Shown: piece by piece, positions 12,219 through 25,880 of the stretch
How the letters are laid out: each line of letters starts with the position of its first letter
Position numbering within the stretch: the first letter of the stretch is position 1
NCBI RefSeq assembly: GCF_018350175.1
Contig: NC_058368.1
Location: 57,910,001-57,974,000, forward strand
Length of the DNA: 64,000 bases
Direction: 5' to 3'
Origin: Felis catus
Lineage: Eukaryota
The notes under the pieces: model-generated
Told to the model about the DNA's origin: nothing
The model's input: only the letters and a program-made list of their open reading frames with translations
Databases searched by the model: none
Position numbers and translations under genes: made by a program

Positions 12219-12400
12219 AGGGATACCTAGCTAGCTCAGTCGGTAGAGCATGTGATTCTTGCTCTCAGCATTATAAGTTTGAGCCCTGTGTTGGGTATAG
12301 AGATTACTTAAAAATAAAATCTTAAAAACAAGTAAGTAAATAAGTAAATACATACATACATACATACATACATACATACATACATACATAAATACATAAA
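12219..12400 (+). mobile_element. Short old carnivore SINE (SINEC_old-like) with (TACA)n tail
   Basis: tRNA-like 'gctcagtcggtagagcatgtga' then 'agagattacttaaaaataaaatctt'; no CT tract; (TACA)n ~12349-12397. Confidence 0.85.
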
Positions 12401-13552
12401 TAAAATGTAGCTTGCGTTTAGAAATGAGAACATACAGAGACATAAATTTCATATTATAGATTGATCAATAATCTAAAACACGTAATATTTGCAGCTTTAG
12501 GTGGAAAATGACATGCATGATAACATCAAATATCAAGGCCATCTATTTGACTCCCTTGGACTGCTATTCTGGCCATCACAGTATGTTTCTCATTTGGATG
12601 ATGTTCTTTGCCCACGGGTTTTTAAGGCTACCTATGAGAAAATAATTGGGGATAAATTCTGTGTGTGTTTGGGGTGGGGGGGCATGTGTGGGGTGTGTGT
12701 AGGATGTGTATGTTGTGACATGGTTACTGCCATTATCTTGCTTTGAATCAGATGTCAAAAAGCTCTGAATTGTGTTGGTTTTGATAAGGGCTTGTTTTAT
12801 TTTTTCTTCCCGTTGTTCTTTTTTAGTTCTTTTCCCCCATTTTGGGCTAACTAAAATTGAGATTAATTTTAAGGCAATTTTCTTTGGATATAGGGGTCAA
12901 TTTGCTAAAAGCCAATAAAATTGCAATCACCTATAGGCACTAAATACTGTTCATCCACCCAATTTCCATATTACTGAAAGCAGAATTTCATTGGACTAGC
13001 TTATGTCAGATGCCCATCCATTTTTTTCCATCAGCTATTTTCAGGAAACAGATTACGCATCAGCATTGTGGTAGCTAGAGACATAACCTGTGAGCAAGTT
13101 GGAGTTTTCCATTAAAGAATGAATGGATAGAAATTTCAGTATATAAATACACTCAAAATTTCAATACTCTATCCACCATGTCAGTGTAACTATTGATTAA
13201 ATGTGCAATTGAAAGATGTAATTCTGCATTTCCAATGAAGAATTTAGCAAGAAAACTACAACTCTTTATTTGATGCTACCATTTTCTACTCTTTCATATA
13301 AATAAGAAAAACCATTGGGAAATTATGAGCACTCTGAAATATTACTGATGGTCTAAAAAGGACATTCAATGTTCTATGTGGAATCAAAGGAAAAATGGAA
13401 GAACCAAAGTGATGGAGATGCTGACAATAGGACTGAATTAGAAAGAAATCATGGCCATCTGGGGACAGATAGAAGAAAAAGTATGGTAGAAAATTCTGAG
13501 AAAACTATCAAAAATATCAATGTGATGTGTTTTGTGTCCCTAGGACTTTTAA

Positions 13553-13764
13553 GTTTTTTTTTTTTAATCTTTATTTATTTTGAGAGAGAGAAAAGCAGGG
13601 CATGAGTGGGGAAGGGCCAGAGAGAGGAAGACATAGAATCCAAAGCAGGCTCCAGGCTCTGAACTGTCAGCATAGAGCCCAACGTGCGGCTCGAACTCAC
13701 AGACCATGAGATCATGACCTGAGCTGAAGTCAGACTCTTAGCTGACTGAGCCACCCAGGCGCCC
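13553..13764 (-). mobile_element. Can-SINE
   Basis: TSD tgtccctaggactttt (13535-13550) / tgtccttaggattttt (13765-13780). Confidence 0.95.
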
Positions 13765-14266
13765 TGTCCTTAGGATTTTTAAAGTTCAATCCTTAAAGTA
13801 AGGAAAGCTATTTATCTTCTTTCTTACTCCTTTATTCATCATCTCTTCTCCTAGTTTTTCTCTTGTCAAGAAAAAAAGTACTTTTGTTTTATTGACAATA
13901 TAGAGTTTAAACTAGCTGAACCCAAAGTGCCAATTGTAGAAATCTTTATGTCTGACAGCTATATTTTAGCCAATGAATAGACAATAAAATAATGGCTTTG
14001 CTTCCCCCCCTCTGGCTTCTTTGATGGCAATACACACTACAGATTGAACAATAACCCAGTATACTTGCCATCAGTATGTGCTGTTACTTGGTACTAACTT
14101 TTACTATCCTTTGGCCATCTTTCCATTTATATGTCAGGATAATAATGTTAATTATATGTACTCACCTACCTAATAAATTATGGTGCAATAATATAATGGA
14201 ATTGTATAGGACCAGTAAAAATATTGAGACAGTTCTATAAATACTAATAAGAAAAAAATTCCAAGA

Positions 14267-14480
14267 GGGGCACCGGGATGGCTTAGTCGGTAAAGAATCT
14301 GACTTTGGCTCATGTCATGATCTCACAGTTTGTGATTTCGAGCCCCATGTTGGGCTCTGTGCTGACAGCTCAGAGTCTAGACCCTGCTGGGATTTTGTGT
14401 CTCCTTCTCTCCCTGTCCTCTTCCTACTTGTTCTCTGTCTCTCTCTCTCAAAAATAAACATTAAAAAAAAATTAAAAAAG
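14267..14480 (+). mobile_element. Can-SINE
   Basis: Head ggggcaccgggatggcttagtcgg; TSD aagaaaaaaattccaaga / aagaaaaatttccaaga. Confidence 0.95.
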
Positions 14481-16314
14481 AAGAAAAATTTCCAAGATAT
14501 AGGAAAACTACACTATGCTGTCATTTTTGTACATTTTATATACTTGTAGTAATTTTTGCACATTAATATACATAGAATTATCTATCATATTTAAACACTC
14601 TGTATCTCTGGGTGATAAGATGATAAGATATGTTTATAAATCTGTGTTCTATGTGATTCTGTTTCTCCGTATTTATTTGTAAATGAAGCTTTTATTGTTG
14701 TAGTTATTTTACTCTCAGTGTACTAGCTTTTTGAATCTGTGAAATAACTTCTAAAAACCCAACTAATTATAATTTTTATAAAAGTTTTGTAATCTTTTCT
14801 GCAAAATATATTGATAAAAGTACAGTGATACTATTATATATGGGCAATAAAAATACAAAAAAATTAAAAGATATCTAGTGATATGAAATTTTCATTATAT
14901 TTATATGCTCAGGGTTATAGTATTCTAGAATCACAACACAGTTTGAATGAAATTCTTAAAAACATAGCTACATAATTAACTTAGTACCATATGTTGAATT
15001 ACAATATAAAATATTTCAAAGATATTATGAATAAAATACAACTACAAAAATGTAAAATAATCATAAAAATCATCTTCATGTGAATTGTTTCCCATTAATA
15101 TTTTGATTCATCTTTCCAGAATAATAAACACTTTAAGCTGTATATTTAGCTATTTCTCATTTTCCTTAGTGAGAGCATGAGAACTTCACCTAGCACCTTG
15201 TTACTTGGGAATATAGACTATGTCATTTGGAATAACATGGTGATTTATCTAGTCTGGCATTCTCTGGTCTAAAAATAATTTTGAAGATCATTCTCCCCTC
15301 TGTGCTTGTGAAGACAACATGGTTTAGAATTTACAAAAAAAGGTTAGAGATTTATCTTAGGCAAGAGTATGCCAATTGCATATGACATTTATCGTCTCAA
15401 GCCAGATGGCAGCGGGATGGAATTTGGGTCTTTCTTTTTCCTTTATATATTATTCACTAGCTAATTCAATGTTCAAATGATAAAACCAGCAGCAAACCTG
15501 AGCAATCCCATTGTGTAATCAGTGAGCTCTTTTAGTGAAAGGAAGAAAAGATTCTAGTCAATATTATTAATACATTATATTTTGTTTAATAGATTTAATA
15601 GCATTAATAATCAAAACTTCAATATCAATGTAAAATGCTAACAAATTTTCCAGTGAGATGTTATATGAAATTAATATTGTTTCACTAAGGAACTTTGAAT
15701 CTGCTGATCATTTCCTTTTCTTTCTGCCCCTCTCTTAAACAAAAATAGCCTTTTACTTTTGGATGTTTCGAAGTGTTCCAGGAATGATGTGACTAACTGT
15801 AGAGACAGACCTGACCTGGTGGTAGTTTCACTGAGAACAGAGAGATACGGATACAATAAGGAAGGCGACATCCTAAAAATTGAAATAGGCCTAGAATATA
15901 TTAAAACTGAAGTAAGCTAGGTAGACCGTCAGCACAAGTTTCCTGAGAAATGATTATTTTTGCCATAATTATTTAGAGAACTCAAATGATCGGTTAGTAC
16001 AAAATATATACTTTGCAAAAAAATACTCCTCCAAATTATTTTCATAAATGAAGATTTGATAATAATATAATATTTTAGAATAATAACAAATACATAGTTC
16101 TTAACATTGACAGGCATATATAACCTTTCAATATTAAGTAACTCTATGAAATGAATGCTGGAATTATCTCCCCATTTTAAAGAAGATACAACTTTAAAAG
16201 CTCCTCGGGGACACACATTTAAATTATTTTAAGAGTCAGATTTGAACACATTCTGGGTCCAGAGTTTGTCTTGTCACTGGTTATATACTCTAGCTTTTCA
16301 GTGATGAGAGAGTG

Positions 16315-16773
16315 CAGTGGCCCCTGCTTATCCACAGGGAATAGACTGGATGCCTGAAACTGCAGATAGTACCAAACGCTGTAAATATTGTGATTTTTTT
16401 CTGTACATATACTATGATAAAGTATAACTTGTAGATTAAGCTCAGTAAGATTAACAACAATAACTAAAATAAAATATAACACAATTATAACCATATACTG
16501 TGATAAAAGTTACATGAATGTGGTCTGTCTCTCAAAATATCTTACTAGGCTTTACTCAACCTTCTTCTTCTTCTTGTGATGATATGATATGATAAAATGC
16601 TAACACAATGAGACAAAGAGAAGTGAATGATGTTGGCTCTGTAACACAGTGTTAGGCAATTACTGACCTGATGATTTGTCAGAAGGAGGATCATCTGCTT
16701 CCAGATCACAGTTGACCTGACTTTGGTTAACAAAACTGCAGAATGCAAAACCTCTAATAAAGGAGGACTACTG
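16315..16773. mobile_element. Tc1/mariner-Tigger non-autonomous DNA transposon (MER44/Tigger7-like)
   Basis: Degenerate terminal inverted repeats cagtggcccctgcttat ... ataaaggaggactactg, TA on right flank; internal 'ggatgcctgaaactgcagatagtacc'. Confidence 0.8.
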
Positions 16774-17737
16774 TATTCCTTTAAGGATGATACATTTTCA
16801 GAAGTAGAAGGCATCATATTAATTCACTGTGCCTTTGGGGGAGTCAAAGGATACTTGAAAGTTAAATGGCCTCTTGGAAACTAATGAAAAGCATTAACTT
16901 GTTTAAACTAGATCAAGTTCTAACAATGCTAACTTGTGACACTGAGTGTATTATGATATCTAGAATGAAAGGGTCACTTTCAGAAAAGTACTTCTAGAAA
17001 ATTAAAAATGAAAAACATACACTGGGTAAGGGGAAATAAAAGGTAAATGAATGTGAATATGATCTAGTTTACTATCCTGAGGAGGTGCTCAGACAAATTA
17101 GAGAATCTTCTACTGTGATTCTCTGCCTAAAGAAACTCAGCATTTTATACTGGATATTTGATGGAGGTCTTAGTCAATCATTGGTATATTACAGAAAGGC
17201 AAATTCCACTCAAATTCATTTTAGTATCAGTTAAAGCTTTGAATAGTATGCTTGTTTTTAATTTAATTGAATAAATTTTAATCATTCACATGATAGGCCA
17301 TGGTCAGGCCAATGATACCATGTATTAGAGAAGCTTCAAGGATGTGTGTGTACTAAACTTAGAACTTTTTATGTTATGGAGAGTATACTCTTGCCTCATT
17401 AATTTCTTCACCTACATAAAATGTCTATATTCTTTACCTCATCTTCCACATTTACTTGCTCCTTACCTTAATTTCTTTCTTTAATTTCATTTCTTACCAA
17501 CAGCATCAGCTTCCTAAAATGGGATACCTGAGTATATTTCAATTCCAGTAATAGCATCCTCTATGCTTTTGTCATCATTCCTGTTGGGGAAGATCAAGGA
17601 AGCTATTTCTTGATAAGAAAATCCCTTCATTTAATCAACTGTTGAATTAAATTATGTTAGCCTCTCCCACATAATTTGTGAAGTTACATGCCTTTGAAAT
17701 TCTAAAAGTTCCTAGGTTTATGACAGACTATACTTAT

Positions 17738-17803
17738 TTTTTAACATGTATTTTGAGAGAGACAGAGAAAGAGAGAGAGGGAGAGAAAGAACTGTGGGGG
17801 AGG

Positions 17804-17847
<44 letters not shown>

Positions 17848-17975
17848 ACCCCTAGTAGACTCAGTGTTATCAGCACACAGCCAGACATGGGGCTCAAACT
17901 CATGAACCCTGAGATCATGACCTGAGCTGAAATCAAGAGTTGGACAGCTAACTGACTGAGCTCCCCAAGCTCCCC
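17738..17975 (-). mobile_element. Can-SINE
   Basis: (GA)n tract; degenerate TSD atgacagactatactta / atgacatactgcactta. Confidence 0.93.
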
Positions 17976-18053
17976 AATGACATACTGCACTTATAATAGC
18001 CTTAGTTCCATTAGATCTCAATGTCATGTATAACCTCTGGATTAGATGTTTTA

Positions 18054-18253
18054 TTTTTTTTTAATGTTTATTTATTTTTGAGAAAGTGCAAGAGCAGAGG
18101 AGGGTCAAAGGGAAGAAGACATAAGATCTGAAGCAGGCTCTGCACTGACAGGCTGACAGCAGCAAGTCCAGTATGGGGTTCAAACTCACTAATTGTGAGA
18201 TCTGATCTGAGCTGAAGTTGGACGTTCAACCAACTGAGCCATCCAGGTGCCCC
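18054..18253 (-). mobile_element. Can-SINE
   Basis: TSD tggattagatgtttta / tgaattagatgcttta. Confidence 0.93.
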
Positions 18254-19310
18254 TGAATTAGATGCTTTAAAGATTATAAACAAAAATAAGGAATATAGTA
18301 GGATAAGAATTAAAGGATGAAATTGATTTTAAATATATTAAGATTGACCTGTTTATGAGACAATGGTGTAGAAAATGTACTTATAGAAATGCAGTTTCAA
18401 AATAGAGATAATGGCAAAAATATATAAAAATCAGCATCATCAGCCTAAAGATTTTGTCTCAAGCTACAGAATTTACATGAAATATCTAAAGCTAATGTGT
18501 TTATTTATTTATTTTTTCTTTTTGAGAGCCCAGTAAATAGCTCTCATTTTCGGTATTCAAGTTATGAATAAATTGAGGAAGAAAACCTCACACTCACCAG
18601 GTAAGACACCAAAATATAATTTTTATGACTGGTAAAGCTAATTATACCAAACTCTACACAGGATATCCCAGTCAAAGGGAATGCAGAATCTGCACTTAAA
18701 AACAAACACACAAACAAAACAAAACAAAACAACTTCTGTGTTTTCTGTTTTGTTTGAGGGACAAAAGAATGCACTGAATTCCCCATATGTGGTTATGTTC
18801 CTAAGTTAGCTTATTTCAGAAATGTGCACCAATTGTGGTCATCGTCTCTCCTAACATGGTAATTAACCTCCTTTATAATAGTTTAAAAAAAGAGAGAGAG
18901 AGATGGGGCAACAAACATGGAAGAAACAAGAAACTTATGGCAGGTCGTATAGAATTTAGAGCCAGAAATCTCTGTAATGGGTCAGAAGACTCAATTAAGC
19001 ACACTCCAAAATCATACATTACTCAAGATTATTTCTCAAATAATTTGCAGTCAAATTGTCCAATGTGGTCTATTAAAATTCTGCAATAAAATTAAGAAAC
19101 ATCATGAGAAGTACTGACTTTTTTTTAAACGCCATCCACATACTCACATGGTATATTAAGATATTTCATGGAGGGGAAATAAATGTCCACAACCAAAACT
19201 GTCTTGCAGATTAAAGGTAAAAATATTAAATGAAAAATAGTTAGGTCTGACATAAATTTATCTTATATTTGTCGGTCAAAAATCTCAAAAATTGAAATCA
19301 TCCCAGTTTC

Positions 19311-19528
19311 TTTTTTTTTTTTTAATGTTTTTATTTTTGAGAGACAAAGACACACAGAGCACAAGTGGGGGAGGGGCAGAGAGAGAGAGGGAAACATAAA
19401 ATCTGAAGCAGGCCCCAGGCTCTGAGCTGCCAGCACAGGGCTTGATGCAGGGCTCGAATCCATCAATCTTGAGATCATGACCTCAGCTGAAGTCAGAAAC
19501 TTAACTGATTGAGCCACCCAGATACCCC
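19311..19528 (-). mobile_element. Can-SINE
   Basis: TSD gaaatcatcccagtttc / gaaatcatcccaatttc. Confidence 0.95.
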
Positions 19529-20104
19529 AGAAATCATCCCAATTTCTTATAGAAATTCGTTAGATAGAATTAGGGATCATTCAATAGCTTTAGCCTTTGT
19601 GTTTCTCACCCAAAGATTGTACTTTCTTTAGGAGTTCACAGGCTGAATTAGTTTGGTGCCTGATCTTTTATTTCCCTCACATCACATAGTTCAAAGAGTT
19701 GATAAAACACACAAGATTTTTTTCAGTGTTGGCTCCTCTAAATCATTTAAATCACCCTCTAAATCATTTATTCTAGGCAAAATTGTATTTTCAGAACACA
19801 GTGTTACAAAAAAATTGATTTCCTTCCATTTCTAACTGAAAACTGGCCAATCTGCTCTGGGTTCATTTCTTTTGTGTAAGCAATCAACACACCAACACAC
19901 AACACTGTTTTAGTTTTCTAACCCTCTCCCCTAGAACTCCCAGCTAAGCAAATTTATGATAACCATTTTGAGTTGTTATAGGCCATAGTTTCAATGAAGA
20001 TTTTGGCTCCCATTACTAACTTCTCTTATTTGAGGTTTTGTTATGGCAGAAACCTGCTTTTAGTTATAATGCATATAATTCATCCGTATATTAAGAATAA
20101 CATC

Positions 20105-20319
20105 GGGGTGCCTAGGTGGCTCAGTCGGTTAAGCGTCCAACTTCAGCTCAGGTCATGATCTCACGGTTCGTGAGTTCGAGCCCCGCGTCAGGCTCTGTGC
20201 TGATGGCTCAGAGCCTGGAGCCTGTTTCAGATTCTGTGTCTTCCTCTCTCTCTGACCCTCCCCCGTTCATGCTCTGTCTCTCTCTCTCTGAAAAATAAAT
20301 AAACGTCAAAAAAAAAAAA
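20105..20319 (+). mobile_element. Fairly young Can-SINE (SINEC_Fc)
   Basis: Perfect TSD aagaataacatc at 20093-20104 and 20320-20331; pure A tail. Confidence 0.97.
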
Positions 20320-20618
20320 AAGAATAACATCAACAAACTATGCTGTTTTCAGATGGAGATGACCATGAAGATTGGTTGGAAGGATATTTAAGAAATCTGT
20401 TTCTGGGCTTTTTATTTTATCTAATTTGAAACTATTCTATTAAAATCTACCAGATTGTTATTTTTATATCTTCAATTGATAAATTTAAGATTTTAACAGG
20501 AAAATAGTCTCTCTCCCTAGTAATGTTTTTTTTTTTTAATTTTTTAGCCTGTTTTATTTATTATCAAGAGACCTATATGAACTTTGGTTGGGATCAGTAT
20601 TATTTTCATATATATAAT

Positions 20619-20623
<5 letters not shown>

Positions 20624-20676
<53 letters not shown>

Positions 20677-20680
20677 TACA
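20624..20680. repeat. (TA)n(CA)n compound microsatellite
   Basis: Seen directly. Confidence 0.97.
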
Positions 20681-21246
20681 TATAGGCTTTTTACTGTTTA
20701 AGGTTTTGTGTCCTTATAATATAAGTACCTTTGCTATAGACAGCATATGCTTTTGGTTTTGAATTCAGCTGGCATCCTCACCTTTTATTTCAAAAATTTA
20801 CTACATTTATATTAATTTACAAGTTTAAGATTTTACTTTGTGTTTTATATTTGTCCAGATATTTCTATACTTCTCTTATCATAGACGGCCCAAAAACAAT
20901 TCCCTAAAGGAGCTGATCTTAGTCTTTAAGTTATAACTAAAAAAGGCAGGAACTGAGGGAAAAAAAAAAAAGCATCTGGCTGTTTTCAACACAGAACTGA
21001 CCTTACTCTAACACAGAATCTACAATGTCCTCCTGAACATTAAATTTCAGAGAAACCAGTATCATATAAAGTCACTCAATGATTATGTTGGAACAGGACA
21101 AAAGACTATATTAATTTCTGAGCACATACAGAACTGGAAAGAACAACTCCAAATATACTAAGAGCAAGTTTCCGTTATTGTTGTTTCTTTAGGACTTAGA
21201 AAGTGCTTGGTAAAATCCTTGTTTCTCTACCTTTTAAAGCCATAGC

Positions 21247-21277
<31 letters not shown>

Positions 21278-21309
21278 CCACATGTGTCACTTTATCTCTT
21301 GTCAGGAGA

Positions 21310-21622
21310 TAAAGGAGGGAGGAATAGGACAGATGTCCAGGGTACAAACTTACAACAGTAGTAAATAAGTTCTAAAGTGCTAATATACAGTATAGTGAAT
21401 TCAGATAATACTGTATCATAATCATCAAACTTGATAAGAAACTAGAATTTAGTTACTCTGAACACCAAAACGAAAAGTATAATTATGTAACATGATGGAG
21501 ATGCTAATTATTGCTAGAGTGACAATCCTATACAATATATAAATATATCAAATTAACACACATGTACACATGTAATGTACACAATGTTATACGTCAAATA
21601 TATTTCAACTAAAACAAAAAAA
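21310..21622 (+). mobile_element. Old L1 3' end (L1MA-like)
   Basis: 'gggtacaaact...aaataagttct...aatatacagtatagtg' and 'tacacaatgttatacgtcaaatatatttcaa' followed by A tail. Confidence 0.75.
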
Positions 21623-22014
21623 TCCCAGCATTTTTTGCTCAGTGAATCACAGGTTTTATGTGGGAGCCTGCAGGCTACTTTTCACCTCAGTTTTGGTGTC
21701 AAAACTGTTTTGACTTTGTTTCTTTTACTTTTCCTGTTATCTTTTAGATGTATTCAAAATTTTTATTCTTTCTATTTTTTTCTTTATTTGGAATTTATAT
21801 GTTTCTATTCTTCTAAAGATTCCTCCAGAAATGTGAATACACATGCATTTAAAAGTCTAAATTTGATGCATATTTTATCTTACAATTATCATTTTATTAT
21901 AGATCCTCTATTATTTCTCAGAAAAGGAAGGCTAATTGAATTGATTTATTTTACTTTGGTCTTCTTTATTTGTTGTCATCAGCACTTATCAAGATTTCAA
22001 ATTCTCTATTTTTA

Positions 22015-22165
22015 CTTATTTATCTTGTCTCCAGTATCAAGTATAAACTACATTAAAGTAGGATTTTGTCTATTTTGTAATATATTTTATCCTTACCACT
22101 TAGAACAAGGTTTGAAGCATAACAGGTTTTCAAAAATACTTGGATAATTGAATAAATGAATGAGT
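22015..22165 (+). mobile_element. L2 3' terminus
   Basis: 'ggattttgtctattttgt...cacttagaaca...aaatacttgg..ttgaataaatgaatga'. Confidence 0.65.
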
Positions 22166-22846
22166 AAATTAGTTGATAGTTTCCCTCTGTAAAGAATTAT
22201 AAAACTTGGAATAATACATCAAAATTTTGAAGGAAGATAACTATTTTGTAACTTCTGGTATTAGGTAGAGTAAAATGTCTTTTTTTCCTATTCTTTGGAT
22301 GATGTAAGGATTTTATTCTAAAATTTGGATGATTTAGGACTTTAATCCTAATGTTCTAATGTTTTGTATCAGTGTGAGTTTTTCTTCATTTATCTATGCT
22401 TTTCCGCTTAGCAGAGGACAAGTTCAATCAAGAAAAAAAATGTCTTAATTCTGGTAAGTAAAATATAACCCTTGAAAACATCCTCCTTATTTCCTGTACT
22501 CTCTTCCTGTTTCTCTTATTAATCACATGGTGTAATATTTGCCTTGGTTCTCTAATTCTATATCTTCCCTCCTATTTTCAATGATATAATTTTTTTTCTA
22601 ATATGGACTATTTTCTCAACTTTATATCCTAATACTTAGCTTAATTGTTCTCATTACTGCTATCATATTTATTTTCAATGATGTCTTTAAGTGCTCTCAA
22701 TATTTTACTTTACACAAACTTTAGGATACATAGAATATCACTGTACTTTTTTTTTCTTTTTGAGGATACCAAGTATACAGTAGTTGTTGAGTTGAGTTTT
22801 GTTTTGTTTTATTTTGTTTCATTTTTTTAAGATCTTTTCTATTCCA

Positions 22847-23023
22847 GGGTTCCTGGGTGGCTCAGTCGTTGTGTCCACTTAGGCTCAGGTCATGATCTCG
22901 CGGTTTCTGTATTCAAACCCTGTGTCTAAAGCCTGCTTTAGATCCTGTGTCTCCCTCTCTATATGCCTCTTCCCAGCTTACACTTGTCTCTCAAAAATAA
23001 TAAATGTGAAAAAATTAAAAAAA
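22847..23023 (+). mobile_element. Can-SINE with internal deletion
   Basis: TSD aagatcttttctattcca / aagatattttctattcca; lacks the 'gggctctgtgctgacagctcagagc' segment seen in other copies. Confidence 0.9.
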
Positions 23024-25880
23024 AAGATATTTTCTATTCCATGCATTGTCTGGTTCCATATTGTTTCCTCCCTGCATTAATTAATCTTTCATATCAGAAA
23101 ATTTCCTCAATTGTCTGATGATTTCTGGTTCTATATCCTTGGTCAAGAATAGAGAAGAGTAAAATCCACCAGAATCTCTGTGAGGTTAGGTAGGGTTATG
23201 AATTGGAACATTTCTATAGATTGATCTGGCTGGGCCCCTAACTAAAGATATTTATAATTCATTATTTCTAATTAATTTCCTAAAGAGAAACTTTTAATTG
23301 TACTTCCTGTGGGTAAGGATGGGTTTTCTAAACTTTCTACGGGGAGTTGAGCACACACTTGCTAACCCTCTCAACTTTCTACGTGCAAGTTTCCACTCAT
23401 TTTCCTGTTTTTTAGTATCTGTTACCGCCATTAGCTGGGTACAGTGTCTCCAAAATTATTCCTGTTGTTCAAACCTTCCAGAGAGTAAACCTGCACTCTA
23501 ATGCAACTTAAGTTTAAACTTTTTCTTGTATCATAAATCAGTTACTACTTGTGCATTTATCACCAGCTTCTAGCATTTTATGTTCTTCTTTCTACTGTCT
23601 CTTTGACTTTGTGAATTTCATACCCTTACCCAATGCTGACTCTGCTTGTTGTCTCCTTTTCTTACATTATTGGAATTTCAAGAGGCAGGAGGTAAAAATT
23701 TATGAAATAAATAGCTGCATTTTACCAAAAGTTTGCATCATTAATAATAAGGAGACAAAACGCTTATTTCCTGCTTCCATGCCCAAAAGAATAGAGTAGG
23801 CACACAAAGGAAAGTAAGCTAGTTGAAAGTTAGATTTTAAAATCTGAATTTATAGAATTAAAGTTGCATATTAATATATATTGTTTATACTTGAACAAAT
23901 AACATTTGTCTTTTTCAGGCATTATGGTAAATTTATGTAAATGTTATATACTTTCTTTAGTCAAGCATAAAAACAACAAAAATCAATATAACATGAAAGC
24001 AAATGAAAAACACTATCCTGGATTAGGGTTAATAATAAAATATGAAAACACAGAAGCTGATAGTTAAAAAGAGAATTCTAGAAAATCACTTTTTATTTGT
24101 TACCACAATAGCGAGTGTGGGCTTTCACTATAGGTTTTCAAGTAATTCTCTTTCTTTCTACCCAGAGAGTGAATTAAAGTCCACTTTACAGCACATTTTG
24201 TTATGGTTTTACCTTAGATAGCATTTCTTTTTGTAGATTGGCTTTAATTTTGGCAGTCAATCCCATTAATACATTAATGACTAGGCAGAACTCAAAATCT
24301 TAATTCAGTGCCAAATGTTCTCATTGTGTTTAATCCAAATTGGCAAGTAATTTTCTTTGTATACTGAGAAATTTTTAAAGTTAAATATGAAGGTCATTAG
24401 GTAACTGCTTACAATTTCAAACTAAACAAGATCTGAATGTTGTTACCAATTATAAGAACGTGCTTATCAATGGCATCATCAGGAAAAATTACATCCTTTA
24501 ACTTCCATATCACATAAATGCCAAATTATATTTTTTAATATAATAGGCCAGTTTATTATATGTAGCTTTTTGGTACAATAACATCATTATGAACAAAGAA
24601 GCCAATGAAAGAAATAAAGAAGGAAGGAGGTAAAGAAGTAAGGCAGGGAAAAAAGAAAAGTTCCAATTTCATAGTGTATATGTCCTGAAGATAAGGCAAT
24701 CGTTCCAAAGTGCATTGACATGAAGTCATTTTTATTCTGGCTTTAAAACAAGACTCTATAGTTGGCAGAATATTTAGAATGTGTCTTAGTTTATAGAAAG
24801 ATAGATTTAGGCTTATAAAAATGAAACACTGCATAAGGTTATATGAGAAAACATGGCTAAACTCATATTAGACTCAACCTTTTAAAAATTCATTTGTCCA
24901 AGGTTTTTGTTTTAGTAAATTGTAAACAACCCTTATTACATATTTTAATGTGGATAAAATACATGAAGGATAAGACATGCTTTAAAACCTTGAATATTCC
25001 CAGGTTCCTAAATATCCACATTTACATGCTTGGCAACTTGGTTTTTAATTATATTAGCCTTAAGCACCAGCATATCAAGCATTTAAAACAGGAAACGTTT
25101 TGATGTTTCAAAAAAGGTAGAATTTTAATCAAAATTTCATTGAATCATATACGGTTTTATTTTCCTTCTCAGAACATTCACATTATTGTCATTCTAGAGT
25201 AGCTTAAAAGACAGGTGAAAACAATTTCCTAATAGTCTAGTGACTAACTTTATTAGAATTCTTTCTTTAAAAAAAAAAAAATCTATGGTAGCAGTGACAC
25301 ACCCCGGCTCCAATAGAGGCTGCAGACTCGGGTCAGTCACATCTTCATTGTAGAAAAAGCATCCTTAGAAATCAAAAAGAAGCAGCCCACTCCAGGGCTC
25401 TTATTTTGTGCATTTCTCCTATTAAGAAGTCCTTTTACCAAATAGCTATGTTTCAAAAGGGAATTGGGACATACAGAACATTTGTCTTAACACAAGCCCT
25501 AGCCTGACACACTTGACTAGCTCTGGAGACCGAAGAGTCACCAAATGGAGAAACTTTGCAATGTGAGTTATTAGGGTCAGCTTAGAGAAGAACACCAAAT
25601 ACAGAAACCATTTCTGTAGTTTTACTGAAGTGTCTGCTTAGCTCCAAAATACTTCCTATCATCTGGGAGAAAAATATCTCAAAGTGACTCAAGGAGAGGA
25701 TAGCAAATAAACAAACACAAAGTAAAAGGCTCAGTAAAGCATACCCAAAATAGGTTGAGATGGAAAACCCAATATGTGTGCCAATGTTTCACTTAGGTCA
25801 GCAGTTCCATGAGTGGTTTCTATTTTTCTCTGGCCACAAGATACCTGACATAAATGCAATGGAGTCCATCAAACATTCTT

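Noticed and set aside
12219..12300. tRNA gene
   Set aside because: A/B-box similarity comes from the tRNA-derived SINE head; followed by SINE tail, no intact cloverleaf
18697..18756. Hairpin between caaacaaaaca and tgttttgtttg
   Set aside because: Low-complexity A/C versus T/G runs pair easily by chance
19800..21300. Possible ERV-internal or old L1 fragments around 19800-20050 and 20880-21240
   Set aside because: Repeat-like by eye but I could not assign family or boundaries without a database search
21575..22147. 190-aa ORF, the longest non-L1 ORF
   Set aside because: Starts in an L1 3' end and finishes in an L2 end; F/L/I/Y-rich product reflects T-rich DNA; no recognisable domain
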